From Comamonas sp. lk (GTDB lineage: Bacteria > Pseudomonadota > Gammaproteobacteria > Burkholderiales > Burkholderiaceae_C), in NCBI GenBank assembly GCA_945860595.1, contig CAMAQV010000007.1, forward strand, positions 15,595-79,594: 64,000 nt of DNA, read 5' to 3'. Below the pieces are notes generated by a model. The model saw nothing but the letters and a program-made list of their open reading frames with translations. It had not been told where the DNA came from and did not search any database. The first letter of the stretch is position 1. Each line of letters opens with the position of its first letter. The translations under genes and the position numbers were made by a program. Of this stretch, positions 44,951 to 57,497 are shown one piece after another.

Positions 44951-46129
44951 ATGGCAATCGAAGCAAGCAGCAGCACCGGCGTGACCCGGCGTATCCGCCT
45001 CGGCATGGTGGGTGGCGGGCAGGGGGCCTTCATCGGCGCGGTGCACCGCATCGCTGCGCGCATGGACGACCGCTATGCACTCGTGGCGGGCGCCCTGTCG
45101 GCCAACCCCGAGCGCGCCCGCGCCAGTGCCGCCGGGCTGCATATCGCGCCCGATCGTGCCTACAGCGATTACCGCGCCATGGCGCAAGCTGAAGCGAAGC
45201 GCCCCGACGGCATCGACGCGGTCGCGATCGTCACGCCCAACCACCTGCACGCGCCCATGGCGCAGGCTTTTCTGGAGGCGGGCATCCATGTCATTTGCGA
45301 CAAGCCGCTGACCTCGACGTTGGCCGACGCGCAGGCGCTGGTGGCCAGTGTGCGCGCCAGCAACTGCCTGTTCGCGCTGACCCACAATTACAGCGGCTAC
45401 CCCATGGCGCGCCAGGCCCGGGCCATGGTGGCGGCGGGCGATTTAGGCGAGATTCGTTTGGTGCACGCCGAGTATGTGCAAGACTGGTTGAGCACCCCGC
45501 TGGAAGCCACAGGCCAAAAGCAAGCCGCGTGGCGCGTGGATCCGGCGCAGGCCGGTGCGGGTGGATCGCTGGGCGACATCGGCACCCACGCCGAACACCT
45601 GGCGCGCTTCATCAGCGGCCAGCAGCTGCACGAGGTCTGCGCGGATGTGTCGACTTTTGTGGACGGCCGCCAGCTCGATGACAACGCCCATGTGCTGATG
45701 CGCTACCGCAATGGTGCGCGCGGCATGCTGTGGTCTAGCCAGGTTGCGCCGGGGAACGAGAACGGTTTGAAGGTGCGCGTTTACGGCACCAAGGCTGGCC
45801 TCGAATTCCGCCAGGAACATCCCAACCAGCTCTGGTTCACGCCCCTGGGCGGCGCGCCGCAGCTGATCACCCGCGCAGGTGCCGCGGCGGGGCCCGCGGC
45901 GGCGCATGCCAGCCGGATTCCGGCCGGTCATCCCGAAGGTTATTTAGAGGCTTTTGCCCAGCTCTACACCGACTTTGCCGAACAGTTGCATGCGCGCTGG
46001 GAACAGCGTGCGCCCAACCCGCTCGCCTGCCAGGTGCCGACGATTGAGGACGGTTTGCGCGGCATGCAGTTCATCGAGGCGGTGGTGGCCTCCAGCCGCG
46101 CCGGTGGGCGCTGGACCGCAGTCGCTTAA
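44951..46129 (+). CDS. Gfo/Idh/MocA-family NAD-dependent oxidoreductase
   Basis: RLGMVGGGQGAFIGAVHR, IVTPNHLH, ICDKP and DIGTHA. Confidence 0.9.
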   Translation: MAIEASSSTGVTRRIRLGMVGGGQGAFIGAVHRIAARMDDRYALVAGALSANPERARASAAGLHIAPDRAYSDYRAMAQAEAKRPDGIDAVAIVTPNHLHAPMAQAFLEAGIHVICDKPLTSTLADAQALVASVRASNCLFALTHNYSGYPMARQARAMVAAGDLGEIRLVHAEYVQDWLSTPLEATGQKQAAWRVDPAQAGAGGSLGDIGTHAEHLARFISGQQLHEVCADVSTFVDGRQLDDNAHVLMRYRNGARGMLWSSQVAPGNENGLKVRVYGTKAGLEFRQEHPNQLWFTPLGGAPQLITRAGAAAGPAAAHASRIPAGHPEGYLEAFAQLYTDFAEQLHARWEQRAPNPLACQVPTIEDGLRGMQFIEAVVASSRAGGRWTAVA

Positions 46130-46201
46130 GCAGCAGCCCCCACCTACAATGTTTGCAGCTGCCGGCGCCGGGCCGGCCGCCCCCCTGGAGCCGCAGCACC
46201 C

Positions 46202-47851
46202 ATGAATCAAGCGTCCGCAGCGCGGGCTGACACACCGGATTGGTGGCGCGGCGGCATCATCTACCAGATCTACCCACGCTCCTTCCAGGACAGCAACGGC
46301 GACGGCGTGGGCGACCTGCCGGGTATCACGCAGCGCCTTGCCCATGTCGCAGCCCTCGGTGCTGACGCGGTGTGGCTGTCGCCGGTGTTCAAAAGCCCGA
46401 TGAAGGACTTCGGTTACGACGTCAGCGACTACCGTGACATCGATCCGCTCTTTGGCACCCTGGACGACTTTCGCGAATTGGTGCGCCACTCGCACAGCCT
46501 GGGCCTCAAAGTCATGATCGACCAGGTGCTGTCGCACACCTCCGATCAACACCCTTGGTTCATCGAGAGCCGCGCCAGCCAAGACAACCCGCGCGCAGAC
46601 TGGTATGTGTGGGCGGATGCGCGCGACGACGGCACGCCGCCCAATAACTGGCTCTCCATTTTTGGCGGCAGCGCCTGGCAGTGGGACACCCGGCGCTTGC
46701 AGTACTACCTGCACAACTTTCTGGTCTCGCAGCCCGACCTGAATTTCCACAACCCGCAGGTGCGCGCCGCCGTGCTCGACGATGTACGCTTCTGGCTCGA
46801 GCTCGGGGTGGACGGCTACCGGCTCGACACCGCGAATTTTTATTTCCATGACCAGGCGCTGCGCAACAACCCGGGGCGCGGCCAGCCCGATCCCGCAGAC
46901 GCCTCGGTTGACCCGGTCAACCCCTACAGCCGCCAGCACCATGTGTACGACAAAAGCCGGCCCGAAAACCTCGGTTTTTTGAAGGAACTGCGTGCCCTGC
47001 TGGACCACTACCCCGGAAGCACCATGGTCGGTGAAATCGGCGACGACGACAGCCTGGCCCGCATCGCTGAATACACCCAAGGCGGCGACAAGCTGCACAT
47101 GGCCTATTCCTTTGACCTGCTTGGAGCCAAGCACAGCGCCACGTTTTTGCACGGACTTCTTGAAAAATTCATGGCCACCGTGGGCGATGGCTGGCCAAGC
47201 TGGGCCTTGTCCAACCACGACGTGATGCGGGTCGCCACGCGCTGGGGCGGTGCAGAGCCCGATGCGCGCCTGCTGCGCCTGGCAGCAGCCTTTCAAATGA
47301 GCATGCGCGGCAGTCCCTGCATCTACCAAGGCGATGAGTTGGGTCTCACCCAGGTGGACATTTCGTTTGAGCAATTGCAAGATCCCTTTGGTAAAGCCAT
47401 GTGGCCCGAGTTCAAGGGCCGTGACGGATGCCGCACCCCGATGCCGTGGGAAGCGCAGCCGGCGCAGGCCGGTTTCAGCAGCGCCGAGCCCTGGCTCCCT
47501 TTGCCGCCCCAGCACCGGGCGTTGGCGGTTGATGCGCAGCATGCCGATCCGCACAGCTTGCTGAACTTCTACATCGTCCTGATCCGTTGGCGCGCGCAGC
47601 ACCCTGTGCTGGTGCACGGCGCAATGCGGCTGCTGCCGCTGCACCCGCAGGTGCTGGCCTTTGAGCGCAGCCATGCCGGGGAGTGCGTGCTGTGCGTTTT
47701 CAATTTCAGCGATGTGGCGGTGGACTGGCCGCTGCCGCCTGGGCACTACGGCTCACAGGCGCTGCAGGGCAGCGGTCTGGACGGTGCTTTGCTGATTGAG
47801 GGCTACGTGGCACTGCAGCCCTGGGGTGGCTATTTCGGTTTGGCGCGCTGA
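46202..47851 (+). CDS. Alpha-glucosidase (GH13)
   Basis: WWRGGIIYQIYPRSFQDSNGDGVGDL, QYYLHNF, GYRLDT (nucleophile), GEIG (acid/base), NHD and GRDGCRTPM. Confidence 0.9.
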   Translation: MNQASAARADTPDWWRGGIIYQIYPRSFQDSNGDGVGDLPGITQRLAHVAALGADAVWLSPVFKSPMKDFGYDVSDYRDIDPLFGTLDDFRELVRHSHSLGLKVMIDQVLSHTSDQHPWFIESRASQDNPRADWYVWADARDDGTPPNNWLSIFGGSAWQWDTRRLQYYLHNFLVSQPDLNFHNPQVRAAVLDDVRFWLELGVDGYRLDTANFYFHDQALRNNPGRGQPDPADASVDPVNPYSRQHHVYDKSRPENLGFLKELRALLDHYPGSTMVGEIGDDDSLARIAEYTQGGDKLHMAYSFDLLGAKHSATFLHGLLEKFMATVGDGWPSWALSNHDVMRVATRWGGAEPDARLLRLAAAFQMSMRGSPCIYQGDELGLTQVDISFEQLQDPFGKAMWPEFKGRDGCRTPMPWEAQPAQAGFSSAEPWLPLPPQHRALAVDAQHADPHSLLNFYIVLIRWRAQHPVLVHGAMRLLPLHPQVLAFERSHAGECVLCVFNFSDVAVDWPLPPGHYGSQALQGSGLDGALLIEGYVALQPWGGYFGLAR

Positions 47852-47863
47852 GCGCTGCCCCCT

Positions 47864-50065
47864 ATGCTCAGCGACCACGACGTTTCCGCCCTGATGGCGG
47901 CCCGGCACGCCGACCCCTTTGGCGTTCTGGGCATGCACTTGCAGGGCGGGCGCTTATGGGTCAACGCCCTGCTGCCTGATGGCCACGCGGTGGACGTGGT
48001 GGAGCGCAGCACGCAGCGGCTGGTGGGCAGCCTGCCGCGCCGTGGGGACAGCGGTGTTTTCAGCGGCGCATTGGCCGGGCGCAGCGTCCCCTTTGATTAC
48101 CAGTTGCGGGTCTATTGGCACCAAGGCGCGGGCAGTACCGCCAGCAGCACGCTGCTCGATGACCCTTACGCTTTCACCGAGCTGCTGTCCGACGCCGACG
48201 CCTGGCTGCTCGCTGAAGGCTCGCACCAACGGCCCTACGAATGCCTGGGCGCGCATCCCGATACCCGCGCCGGTATTCCCGGAACCCGCTTTGCCGTGTG
48301 GGCGCCCAACGCGAAACGGGTATCGGTGGTCGGCAATTTCAACCAGTGGGACGGGCGGCGCCACCCGATGCGCTTGCGCCACGGCTGCGGCGTGTGGGAA
48401 ATTTTTCTGCCCCGGGTGGCGCGTGGCGATGTGTACAAATTTGAAATTCTGGGCGCGCACGATAAGGTCACGCTCAAAGCCGATCCCTACGCATTCCAAT
48501 CGGAATTGCGGCCCGGCACCGCCAGCGTGGTGTGTGGCCTGCCGGCCCGGCGCGCGATGCAGCCTGCGCGCGCAGCCGCCAACGCTCTGGGTGCGCCGAT
48601 GTCCATGTACGAAGTGCATCTGGGTTCCTGGCGCAAGGCCGATGGCTGGCGCTGGTTGAATTACCGCGAACTTGCCGACACGCTGGTGCCTTATGCCCGC
48701 GACCTGGGCTTCACCCACCTGGAGCTGCTGCCGGTGAGCGAGCATCCCTTCGATGCGTCCTGGGGTTATCAGCCGCTGGGGCTTTTTTCACCGACCGCGC
48801 GCTTTGGCAGCCCGGAAGATTTTCAGTACTTTGTGGACGCGGCCCATGCGGCTGGACTGGGCGTGATTCTGGATTGGGTGCCCGCGCACTTTCCCAGCGA
48901 CGCGCACGGCCTGGCCGATTTCGATGGCACGCACCTGTACGAGTACGCCGACCCCAAAGAAGGTTTCCACCAGGACTGGAATACGCTGATCTACAACTTC
49001 GGCCGCTCGGAGGTGCGCAACTTTTTGATCGGCAACGCCTTCTATTGGCTGGAGCGTTTTGGTATTGACGGCCTGCGGGTGGACGCCGTGGCCTCCATGC
49101 TCTACCGCGATTACAGCCGGGGCCCTGGTCAGTGGATACCCAACCGCCACGGTGGGCGCGAAAACCTGGAGGCTATGGATTTCCTGCGCCGACTGAACCA
49201 CCAGATCGGCGTGGAGCGGCCCGGCACTTTGATGATTGCCGAAGAGTCCACCGCCTTTCCCGGCGTGAGCCGCCCGCCTGCGCCGGACCTGGCCAGCGGC
49301 GGCCTGGGCTTTCACTTCAAATGGAATATGGGCTGGATGCACGATGCGCTGGACTACATGCAGCTCGACCCGGTGTACCGCCGCCACCACCAGAACCTTC
49401 TGACCTTCGGGCTGATGTACGCCTTCAGCGAAAACTTTGTGCTTCCCCTCTCGCACGACGAGGTGGTGCACGGTAAGCGTTCGCTGCTGGGCAAGATGAC
49501 GGGCGACCCGTGGCAGCAATTTGCCAACTTGCGCACGCTCTACGGCTTGATGTGGGCCTACCCGGGTAAGAAGCTGCTGTTCATGGGGAGCGAGTTCGCG
49601 CAGCCCACGGAATGGGCCGATGCCGATAGCCTGCCCTGGCATTTGCAAGACCAGCCGGCCCATGCCGGTGTGCAGCGTCTGGTGCATGACCTCAACCGCG
49701 TGTACTGCGCTTTTCCTGCTTTGCACGAGCAGGACGTAGAGCCGGGCGGATTCAGCTGGATTGCGCACCAAGACCATGCCCAGTCGGTGCTGGCATTTGC
49801 CCGCTGGTCGCGCAGCGGCCAGTGCGCGGTGGTGGTCTGCAATTTCACGCCCTTGCCACGCGCCGGGTACCGGCTGGGTGTGCCGCAGGGCGGCGCGTGG
49901 CGCGAACTCATCAACACCGATGCAGCCGTGTACGGCGGCAGCGGTATCGGCAATGGCAGCCTGCATACCGACGCACAGTGGGCGCACGGGCATGGGCAAT
50001 CCTTGGTTCTGCATTTGCCGCCGCTGTCCTGTCTGGTGTTGGAGCCAGGTTTGATGCCGACGTGA
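47864..50065 (+). CDS. glgB: 1,4-alpha-glucan branching enzyme
   Basis: [48 protein letters not shown] and [10 protein letters not shown]. Confidence 0.96.
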   Translation: MLSDHDVSALMAARHADPFGVLGMHLQGGRLWVNALLPDGHAVDVVERSTQRLVGSLPRRGDSGVFSGALAGRSVPFDYQLRVYWHQGAGSTASSTLLDDPYAFTELLSDADAWLLAEGSHQRPYECLGAHPDTRAGIPGTRFAVWAPNAKRVSVVGNFNQWDGRRHPMRLRHGCGVWEIFLPRVARGDVYKFEILGAHDKVTLKADPYAFQSELRPGTASVVCGLPARRAMQPARAAANALGAPMSMYEVHLGSWRKADGWRWLNYRELADTLVPYARDLGFTHLELLPVSEHPFDASWGYQPLGLFSPTARFGSPEDFQYFVDAAHAAGLGVILDWVPAHFPSDAHGLADFDGTHLYEYADPKEGFHQDWNTLIYNFGRSEVRNFLIGNAFYWLERFGIDGLRVDAVASMLYRDYSRGPGQWIPNRHGGRENLEAMDFLRRLNHQIGVERPGTLMIAEESTAFPGVSRPPAPDLASGGLGFHFKWNMGWMHDALDYMQLDPVYRRHHQNLLTFGLMYAFSENFVLPLSHDEVVHGKRSLLGKMTGDPWQQFANLRTLYGLMWAYPGKKLLFMGSEFAQPTEWADADSLPWHLQDQPAHAGVQRLVHDLNRVYCAFPALHEQDVEPGGFSWIAHQDHAQSVLAFARWSRSGQCAVVVCNFTPLPRAGYRLGVPQGGAWRELINTDAAVYGGSGIGNGSLHTDAQWAHGHGQSLVLHLPPLSCLVLEPGLMPT

Positions 50066-52176
50066 TGGACGTGGTGCTGAGGCCCTTGCACGGTGCGCCT
50101 GCACTGGGCGCATCGGTAGTCGAGGGCGGTGTGGCCTTCGCCTTGGCCGCACCGAATGCGCAGGCGGTCGACTTGTGCTTGTTTGACACCGAAGGACAGA
50201 CCGAAGTCCGGCGCTTGCCGATGCCTGCGGCGGTGGACGGCGTCTGGCAAGCCCTTCTGCCAGGCGCAGCGCCGGGGCTGGTGTACGGCTGGCGCGTGCA
50301 TGGTCCCTGGAACCCGGCGCAAGGGCAGCGCTTCAATCCGCACAAACTTTTGCTTGACCCGAGCGCAGCCGCGGTCCTTGGCGCGTACGGCGGGCAGGAT
50401 ATCCACCTCGGCCACCAAGTCGATTCGCCACTGCGCCAGGACACGCGGGACAATGCGCAAACGGCCATGAAGGCCCTTGTGGTGGAGCCCATCAAACCCG
50501 CAGCGCGCGGCCCGGCGATAGACCCCGCGCAGCGGCTGATCTGCGAGTTGCACGTCAAGGGCTTCACCGCGCTGCACCCCGATATTCCTCGGGCCTTGCG
50601 CGGCACCTACGCCGGTTTGGCCCACCCGGCGGCGATCGCACACCTACAAAAAATGGGCGTGAACACGGTCAGCCTGATGCCCTTGGCTACCTGCGCCGAT
50701 GAACTGCGGTTGCTGAAACTGAACTTGCGCAACTACTGGGGCTACAGCCCGGTTGCCTGGAGTGCACCGACCGCGCGCTACTGGAGCGGCCAGCCCGGCA
50801 GCAGCCCGCGCAGCGAGTTGCGCGACATGGTTGGCGCTTTGCACGCTGCCGGGTTGGAGGTGCTGCTCGATGTGGTCTACAACCACAGCGGCGAGACCGA
50901 TGAACACGGCCCGACGCTGGGCTTGCGCGGTATCGACAACGCCACCTACTACCACCTGGATCCGGACAACCCTGCGCAATACCGCAACTGGACCGGCTGC
51001 GGCAACTGCTTGCGGCTGGACCATCCGCTGGTTGTGCGCATGGTGCTGCAAAGCCTGCGCAGCTGGGTACTGGACTTTGGTATCGATGGTTTTCGCTTCG
51101 ATCTGGCACCGGCGCTGGGGCGCGGTGCGGCGGCGCAGGGCCACGCATTCTCTGCCCGCGCACCTTTGTTTCAAGCCTTGGCGGACGACCCGGTGGTGTC
51201 GCGCTGCACGCTGGTTGCGGAGCCCTGGGACATCGGCGAAGGCGGCTACCAGCTGGGGCAGTTTCCGCCCGGCTGGCTGGAGTGGAATGACCGCTTCCGC
51301 GATACACAGCGCGGCTTCTGGTTGCACCGCCATGGAGGCCTGGGCGAATGGGCTACGCGGCTGGCCGGCTCCAGCGACACCTTTGACACCCGCGCGCGGG
51401 CAACCCACAGCAGTGTGAATTTTGTGGCCGCGCACGACGGCTTCACCCTGGCCGACCTGCTGCGCTATGCCGAACGGCGTAACCAGGCCAATGGCGAGGA
51501 CAACCGCGACGGACATGGCCACAACCTGAGCATCAACTGCGGCGTCGAAGGTGAGACCGGTGACCCGAAGATTCAGGCGCAGCGCAACCAGTGGCAGCGC
51601 CTGCTGCTGGCCGTGACACTGCTGTCGGTAGGCACCCCGATGGTGCAGGCGGGCGACAGCATCGGCCACAGCCAGGGTGGCAATAACAACGCCTACTGCC
51701 AGGACAACGCCATCAGCTGGTTGGCTTGGGAGCGGGCCGATGTGGGCTTCGCGGATTTCATCGGCGCAGTCCAGGCGCTACGCCGCAACCGTGCCGTGCT
51801 GCGCAGTGCCTGCTGGTGGCAGACAGATGGTGCAGAGTCGGGAGAAGAGCAGGGCGTGGTGGCGCGCTGGTTTTTGGCCGATGGAACCTGTCCGCAGCCC
51901 CAGGACTGGAACGATCCGGCGCAGCGCACGATCGCCGTACAGCTCGACCGGGCCAACGGCCCTGGCGGCGCGCGCCAGACGGATGCGCTGAACGCGAGTT
52001 GCCTGCTGCTGTGTAACGGTACGTCTGAGACGCTGCGTTGTGTGCTGCCGCCCGGGGCGTGGTTTCTTCTTATTGACACGGCTGGCGGCCACAGCCTTAA
52101 TAGACGCTTGCACGATGCCGAAATGCTGCCGCCGGAGAGTTTGTGGCTTGCCAGCGCGGCGCCGGTATCAACCTAA
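50065..52176 (+). CDS. glgX: Glycogen debranching enzyme
   Basis: [40 protein letters not shown] and [11 protein letters not shown] overlaps the glgB stop. Confidence 0.92.
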   Translation: MDVVLRPLHGAPALGASVVEGGVAFALAAPNAQAVDLCLFDTEGQTEVRRLPMPAAVDGVWQALLPGAAPGLVYGWRVHGPWNPAQGQRFNPHKLLLDPSAAAVLGAYGGQDIHLGHQVDSPLRQDTRDNAQTAMKALVVEPIKPAARGPAIDPAQRLICELHVKGFTALHPDIPRALRGTYAGLAHPAAIAHLQKMGVNTVSLMPLATCADELRLLKLNLRNYWGYSPVAWSAPTARYWSGQPGSSPRSELRDMVGALHAAGLEVLLDVVYNHSGETDEHGPTLGLRGIDNATYYHLDPDNPAQYRNWTGCGNCLRLDHPLVVRMVLQSLRSWVLDFGIDGFRFDLAPALGRGAAAQGHAFSARAPLFQALADDPVVSRCTLVAEPWDIGEGGYQLGQFPPGWLEWNDRFRDTQRGFWLHRHGGLGEWATRLAGSSDTFDTRARATHSSVNFVAAHDGFTLADLLRYAERRNQANGEDNRDGHGHNLSINCGVEGETGDPKIQAQRNQWQRLLLAVTLLSVGTPMVQAGDSIGHSQGGNNNAYCQDNAISWLAWERADVGFADFIGAVQALRRNRAVLRSACWWQTDGAESGEEQGVVARWFLADGTCPQPQDWNDPAQRTIAVQLDRANGPGGARQTDALNASCLLLCNGTSETLRCVLPPGAWFLLIDTAGGHSLNRRLHDAEMLPPESLWLASAAPVST

Positions 52177-52201
52177 CAAGAACCAAGTCAGGAGAGACCC
52201 C

Positions 52202-53491
52202 ATGTCCACCACAGATGCCGCGCACAAGGCCTCCACGCAGCCCCACATGCTGGTGCGTCGCACCATTGCACTGGTGCTGGCTGGCGGACGCGGTTCCCGT
52301 CTGAAGCAGCTCACCGACCGGCGCGCCAAACCGGCGGTGTATTTCGGTGGCAAATTCCGCATCGTCGATTTCGCGCTGTCCAACTGCGTCAACTCCGGCA
52401 TCCGGCGGATTGGCGTCATCACCCAGTACAAGTCGCATTCCCTGTTACGCCATTTGCAGCGCGGCTGGAGTTTTTTGCGCGCCGAGCTCAACGAGATGGT
52501 GGACCTGCTGCCGGCGCAGCAACGGCTCAACGAAGAGCATTGGTACCGTGGCACGGCGGATGCCATCTACCAGAACCTGGACATCATCCAAAGCAGCCAT
52601 CCGGAATACGTGGTGATCCTGGCCGGTGACCATGTGTACAAAATGGATTATTCGCTGATGCTCAAGGACCATGTGGACAGCGGCATGGATTGCACGGTGG
52701 GCTGTATCGAGGTGCCCTTGGCCGAAGCCACCGCGTTCGGGGTGATGGCGGTCAACGCGGCGCGCACCATCGTCAGTTTTGCTGAGAAGCCTGAGCACCC
52801 CGAAGCCATGCCGGACCACCCGGACATGGCCTTGGCCAGCATGGGGATTTACATATTCAACGCAGCGTATTTGTACCGGGTGCTCGATGAAGATCTGGCC
52901 AACCCCGACTCCAGCCACGACTTTGGCAAAGACGTGATTCCCCGCGTGGTGGAAGAGGGGCGGGCCATTGCCCATCCGTTTTCCATGTCCTGCGTGTCGT
53001 CTACCCAGGAGTCCCAGCCCTATTGGCGGGACGTGGGAACGATTGACGCCTTCTGGGAGGCCAACCTTGACCTTGCATCGGTCACGCCGGCGCTGGATAT
53101 TTACGACACCAGTTGGCCCATCTGGACCAACCAACGCCAGCTTCCGCCGGCCAAGTTTGTACAGGATGTGCGGGGCAAGCACGGGCAGGCCATCAACACT
53201 ATGGTTTCGGGTGGCTGCATTGTGTCGGGCTCGGTGGTCAGCAATTCGGTCTTGTTCTCCGGCGTGCGGGTGCATTCGTTTTGCGTCGTCGATCAGGCGG
53301 TGTTTTTGCCCGACGTGACGGTCGGGCGCGGCTGCCGATTGAGCAAGGTGGTGGTGGACCGTGGCTGCGAATTGCCGGAGGGCCTGGTCGTCGGTGAAGA
53401 TGCCGCGCTTGACGCAGCGCGTTTTGAGCGCACTGACAACGGCGTGGTACTCATCACCAAGGCTATGCTCGACGCATTGAAGGCTTCTTAA
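52202..53491 (+). CDS. glgC: Glucose-1-phosphate adenylyltransferase
   Basis: [31 protein letters not shown] and HDFGKD. Confidence 0.96.
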   Translation: MSTTDAAHKASTQPHMLVRRTIALVLAGGRGSRLKQLTDRRAKPAVYFGGKFRIVDFALSNCVNSGIRRIGVITQYKSHSLLRHLQRGWSFLRAELNEMVDLLPAQQRLNEEHWYRGTADAIYQNLDIIQSSHPEYVVILAGDHVYKMDYSLMLKDHVDSGMDCTVGCIEVPLAEATAFGVMAVNAARTIVSFAEKPEHPEAMPDHPDMALASMGIYIFNAAYLYRVLDEDLANPDSSHDFGKDVIPRVVEEGRAIAHPFSMSCVSSTQESQPYWRDVGTIDAFWEANLDLASVTPALDIYDTSWPIWTNQRQLPPAKFVQDVRGKHGQAINTMVSGGCIVSGSVVSNSVLFSGVRVHSFCVVDQAVFLPDVTVGRGCRLSKVVVDRGCELPEGLVVGEDAALDAARFERTDNGVVLITKAMLDALKAS

Positions 53492-53514
53492 TCCCCCCAT
53501 CCGGGGTCCTGCAC

Positions 53515-54975
53515 ATGCGCATTCTCCAGGTCAGCGCCGAACTCTTTCCCTTGCTCAAAACGGGTGGGCTTGCCGATGTGGCCGGGGCTCTGCCCGCAGC
53601 GCTGGGCGCGCAGGGTTGCGCGGTGCGGGCCTTGCTGCCCGGATTCCCCGCCGTCGTCGCTGGGCTTCGCGCGCCGGAAAAAGTCGGCAGCTTCACGACG
53701 CCCTGGGGTGAGGGCGTGGACATCGTACTCGGTGAATTGCCCGGACTGGGTACCGCCGGTGGCGCGTTGCAGGCCTATGTGCTGATGGCGCCCGGCCTGT
53801 ATGACCGGCCCGGCAACCCGTACCACGATACGCAGCACAACCCCTATGCGGACAACCACCGCCGCTTCGCCGCACTGGCCTGGGGCGCGGCGCACCTGGC
53901 CTACGGCTTGGACGCGGGCTGGAGCCCCCAATTGGTGCATTGCCATGACTGGCACGCCGGGCTGTCACCGGCCTGCATGGCCTACTGGGACAGCCCGCAG
54001 CGGGTTCCCACCCTGTTCACCATCCACAACCTGGCCTACCAGGGCTGCTTTGCCGCCGCTTGTTTTGCCGATCTGGGTCTGCCTGCCAGTGCCTTTGGTG
54101 TCAATGGCTTGGAGTTTTACGGCCAGGTTTCGTTCATGAAAGCCGCCCTAGTCTATGCCGACCACATCAGCACCGTCAGCCCCAGCTACGCCCGCGAAAT
54201 CCAGACCCCGGAACAAGGATTCGGTCTGGACGGGCTGTTGCGCAGCCGCGCCGCGCAGTTGAGCGGCATCTTGAACGGCGTGGACGCAAGCGTCTGGGAT
54301 CCGGGCTACGATGCCCTGCTGGCCCATCCTTTTGACGGGCGCAAACTGACTGGCAAGGCGCTGAACAAAGCGGCCTTGCAAGCCGAGACCGGTTTGGATC
54401 TGCTGCCCGACGCCCCGTTGTTTTCGCTGGTCGGCAGACTCACCGAACAAAAAGGCCTGCCGCTGGTGCTCGGCGGCGTCGAGGAGGTGGTGGGCGGTGG
54501 CGGGCAGCTGCTAGTTTTGGGCAGCGGCGATACCGCCCTGGAACATGCGCTGGCAGCGCAAGCGCAAGCGCACCCGGGGCGCATGGCGGTGCGGCTGGAC
54601 TACGACGAGGCGCTGGCGCACCGCATCTTTGGCGGCAGCGACGTCACCCTGGTTCCCTCGCGCTTCGAGCCCTGCGGCCTGACCCAGCTCTACGGCTTGA
54701 AATACGGCAGCCTGCCGCTGGTGCGCCGCGTCGGAGGCCTGGCCGACACCGTGGTCGACACCGACCTGGAGTCGCTGGATGACCGCAGCGCCACCGGTTT
54801 TGTTTTTGATAACTTTGATACCACCGACTACCGCCGCGCAGTGCGCCGGGCCTTTGCGCTGTACCGCCGCCGCGCCGATTGGAGCCGTGTGCGCCAAAAC
54901 GGCATGCGAATTGCATCGGGTTGGGAGCAATCCGCCTTGCGCTACCGCGATCTGTATGCGTCGCTTCTCTCTTAA
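53515..54975 (+). CDS. glgA: Glycogen synthase
   Basis: KTGGLADV, HCHDWH, TIHNLAYQG and PSRFEPCGLTQL. Confidence 0.96.
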   Translation: MRILQVSAELFPLLKTGGLADVAGALPAALGAQGCAVRALLPGFPAVVAGLRAPEKVGSFTTPWGEGVDIVLGELPGLGTAGGALQAYVLMAPGLYDRPGNPYHDTQHNPYADNHRRFAALAWGAAHLAYGLDAGWSPQLVHCHDWHAGLSPACMAYWDSPQRVPTLFTIHNLAYQGCFAAACFADLGLPASAFGVNGLEFYGQVSFMKAALVYADHISTVSPSYAREIQTPEQGFGLDGLLRSRAAQLSGILNGVDASVWDPGYDALLAHPFDGRKLTGKALNKAALQAETGLDLLPDAPLFSLVGRLTEQKGLPLVLGGVEEVVGGGGQLLVLGSGDTALEHALAAQAQAHPGRMAVRLDYDEALAHRIFGGSDVTLVPSRFEPCGLTQLYGLKYGSLPLVRRVGGLADTVVDTDLESLDDRSATGFVFDNFDTTDYRRAVRRAFALYRRRADWSRVRQNGMRIASGWEQSALRYRDLYASLLS

Positions 54976-55011
54976 CCCCTCTTCACCCCTTTTTGCACTT
55001 TGACACCGTCC

Positions 55012-57480
55012 ATGAATTCACTTGATTCCATCGCCCCCGTGGCCGCATTTCCATTCGACAGCCCCAAGCGGGACCTGGAGTCGCTCAAACGCGCCATCGC
55101 CAACAAGCTGATGTTCAGCGTGGGCAAAGACCCGCAGGCCGCCAGCGCCCAGGATTGGCTCAACGCCGCAGCCTTCGCTGTGCGTGACCAATTGATCGAG
55201 CGCTGGATGAAAACCACCCGCGCGCAGTACGCCCAGGATTCCAAGCGGGTGTATTACCTGTCCATGGAATTTTTGGTGGGGCGCACTTTTGGCAACGCCT
55301 TACTGGCCTTGGGCCTGCGTAGCCGGGTGCGGCAGGCGCTGCTGGACTTCGGCGTGGATATGGCGGCCATCAGCGAACTCGAGCCGGATGCGGCTTTGGG
55401 CAACGGCGGCCTGGGGCGGCTGGCGGCCTGTTTTCTGGACGCCATGGCCACGCTGAATATCCCGGGTTTTGGCTACGGAATCCGCTACGACTACGGCATG
55501 TTCCGCCAGACCATTGTGGACGGTCGGCAGGTCGAGGTTCCCGACTACTGGCTGACCCAGGGCAATCCATGGGAATTCGCCCGGCCCGAGGTCGTCTACC
55601 GGGTGCAGTTCGGCGGGCATGTGGTTGAAGAACATGGCAGGTGCCAGTGGATCAGCGCCCATGAGGTGCAGGCCATGGCCTACGACACCATCATCCCCGG
55701 CTACGACACGCAGGCCACCAACACGCTGCGTCTGTGGTCGGCCAAGGCAACCCACGAAATTGATCTTGGCGCATTCAACCGGGGCAATTACTTTGCTGCG
55801 GTGGAGAGTAAAAACCACTCGGAAAACGTCAGCCGTGTGCTGTACCCCGATGACTCCACCCCCGCCGGGCGCGAACTGCGGCTGCACCAGGAATATTTTT
55901 TTGTGAGCGCCAGCGTGCAGGATTTGTTGCGCCGCTACCACCAGACGCACACCGATTTCAGCCAGTTGCCTGCCAAGGTCAGCATCCACCTCAACGACAC
56001 CCATCCGGTACTGGCCATTCCCGAGCTTATGCGCCTGCTGCTGGACGAGCATGCGCTGCCCTGGGACCAGGCCTGGGCTCTGTGCCAGGGGGTTTTCTCT
56101 TACACCAACCACACGCTGATGCATGAGGCGCTGGAGACCTGGCCGGTGGAGATGTTCGGGCGCATCCTGCCGCGCCATTTGCAGATCATCTTCGGCATCA
56201 ACGCCCGTTTTCTGGGTGATCTGAGCGCGCAGGGCGCCACGCCTGAACTGTTGCAGCGCGTCTCCCTGGTCGATGAACAAGGCGAGCGCAGGGTGCGCAT
56301 GGCCTATCTGGCGGTGGTGGCCAGCCACTCGGTCAATGGCGTTTCGGCTCTGCACTCGGCGCTCATGCAGCAATCGATATTTGCTGAATTTGCGCAGCTA
56401 TGGCCTGCGCGCTTTAACAACAAAACCAATGGCATCACACCGCGGCGCTGGCTGGCACAGGCTAATCCCGCTCTGTCCGGGGTGCTCGACAAATACATCG
56501 GCACCGGCTGGCGACGCGACCTCACCCAGCTCGGTGGTTTGGCGCCCTTGGGCCACCAACCCGCTCTGATCAAGGCGTTGCAAGATGCTAAACGCGCCAA
56601 TAAGCAGCGCTTGGCAGACTGGGTGCAAACGAACATGGGGCTGCAGTTACCGGTCCATGCCATGTTTGATGTGCAGGTCAAGCGCATCCACGAATACAAA
56701 CGCCAGCTTCTCAATGTGCTGCATGTGATTGCGCGCTACCAGCGCATCCTGCGCGCGCCGCAGGCCGACATGGTCCCGCGGGTGGTGATATTTGCCGGTA
56801 AAGCGGCCTCGGCCTACCACATGGCCAAGCTGATCATCCAGCTCATCAATGATCTGGCCACAACGATCAACAATGACCCCCGCGTGGGCGACAAGCTCAA
56901 GGTGGTCTTCATTCCCAATTACAGCGTCAGCCTGGCCGAGCGCATCATCCCGGCCGCCGACTTGTCCGAACAAATTTCCACCGCCGGGACCGAGGCATCG
57001 GGCACCGGCAATATGAAGCTTGCACTCAACGGGGCTTTGACCATCGGTACGCTCGATGGCGCGAATGTGGAAATTCTGGACGGTGTGGGCGAGGACAACA
57101 TTTTCATCTTCGGGCTGACCGCGCCCGAAGTCGCGGCCACACGCGCTGCCGGATACCAAGCCGCCGAGGCGCTGAAAAATTGTCCGGAGTTGCAGGAGGT
57201 GTTGCTGGCGATTCGCGACGGATTTTTTAACCCGGATGAGCCACAGCGTTACCAGAGCATCTACGACGCGCTGGTGAACTGGGGTGACCATTACCTGCTG
57301 CTGGCCGATTACCCCGGCTACGCCGCCGCCCAGGACGCCGCCGACGCCGCTTACCGCAACTCGGACGCCTGGACCCTCAAGACCCTGCACAACATTGCAG
57401 CCATGGGCCCGTTTTCAGCAGACCGCACGATTGAGCAGTACGCCCGCGAGATCTGGAAAACCAAGCCGGTTAGCGTTTGA
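55012..57480 (+). CDS. glgP: Glycogen/alpha-glucan phosphorylase
   Basis: [37 protein letters not shown] and EASGTGNMK (PLP lysine). Confidence 0.96.
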   Translation: MNSLDSIAPVAAFPFDSPKRDLESLKRAIANKLMFSVGKDPQAASAQDWLNAAAFAVRDQLIERWMKTTRAQYAQDSKRVYYLSMEFLVGRTFGNALLALGLRSRVRQALLDFGVDMAAISELEPDAALGNGGLGRLAACFLDAMATLNIPGFGYGIRYDYGMFRQTIVDGRQVEVPDYWLTQGNPWEFARPEVVYRVQFGGHVVEEHGRCQWISAHEVQAMAYDTIIPGYDTQATNTLRLWSAKATHEIDLGAFNRGNYFAAVESKNHSENVSRVLYPDDSTPAGRELRLHQEYFFVSASVQDLLRRYHQTHTDFSQLPAKVSIHLNDTHPVLAIPELMRLLLDEHALPWDQAWALCQGVFSYTNHTLMHEALETWPVEMFGRILPRHLQIIFGINARFLGDLSAQGATPELLQRVSLVDEQGERRVRMAYLAVVASHSVNGVSALHSALMQQSIFAEFAQLWPARFNNKTNGITPRRWLAQANPALSGVLDKYIGTGWRRDLTQLGGLAPLGHQPALIKALQDAKRANKQRLADWVQTNMGLQLPVHAMFDVQVKRIHEYKRQLLNVLHVIARYQRILRAPQADMVPRVVIFAGKAASAYHMAKLIIQLINDLATTINNDPRVGDKLKVVFIPNYSVSLAERIIPAADLSEQISTAGTEASGTGNMKLALNGALTIGTLDGANVEILDGVGEDNIFIFGLTAPEVAATRAAGYQAAEALKNCPELQEVLLAIRDGFFNPDEPQRYQSIYDALVNWGDHYLLLADYPGYAAAQDAADAAYRNSDAWTLKTLHNIAAMGPFSADRTIEQYAREIWKTKPVSV

Positions 57481-57497
57481 GCGGGGATCCGGGCAAC

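Noticed and set aside
45944-47746. 600-aa minus-strand ORF
   Set aside because: Antisense to the well-supported GH13 alpha-glucosidase, with no recognisable motifs. The same applies to the other long antisense ORFs (e.g. 2181-3485, 6043-7248, 30756-32126, 48788-50152, 57627-58994).
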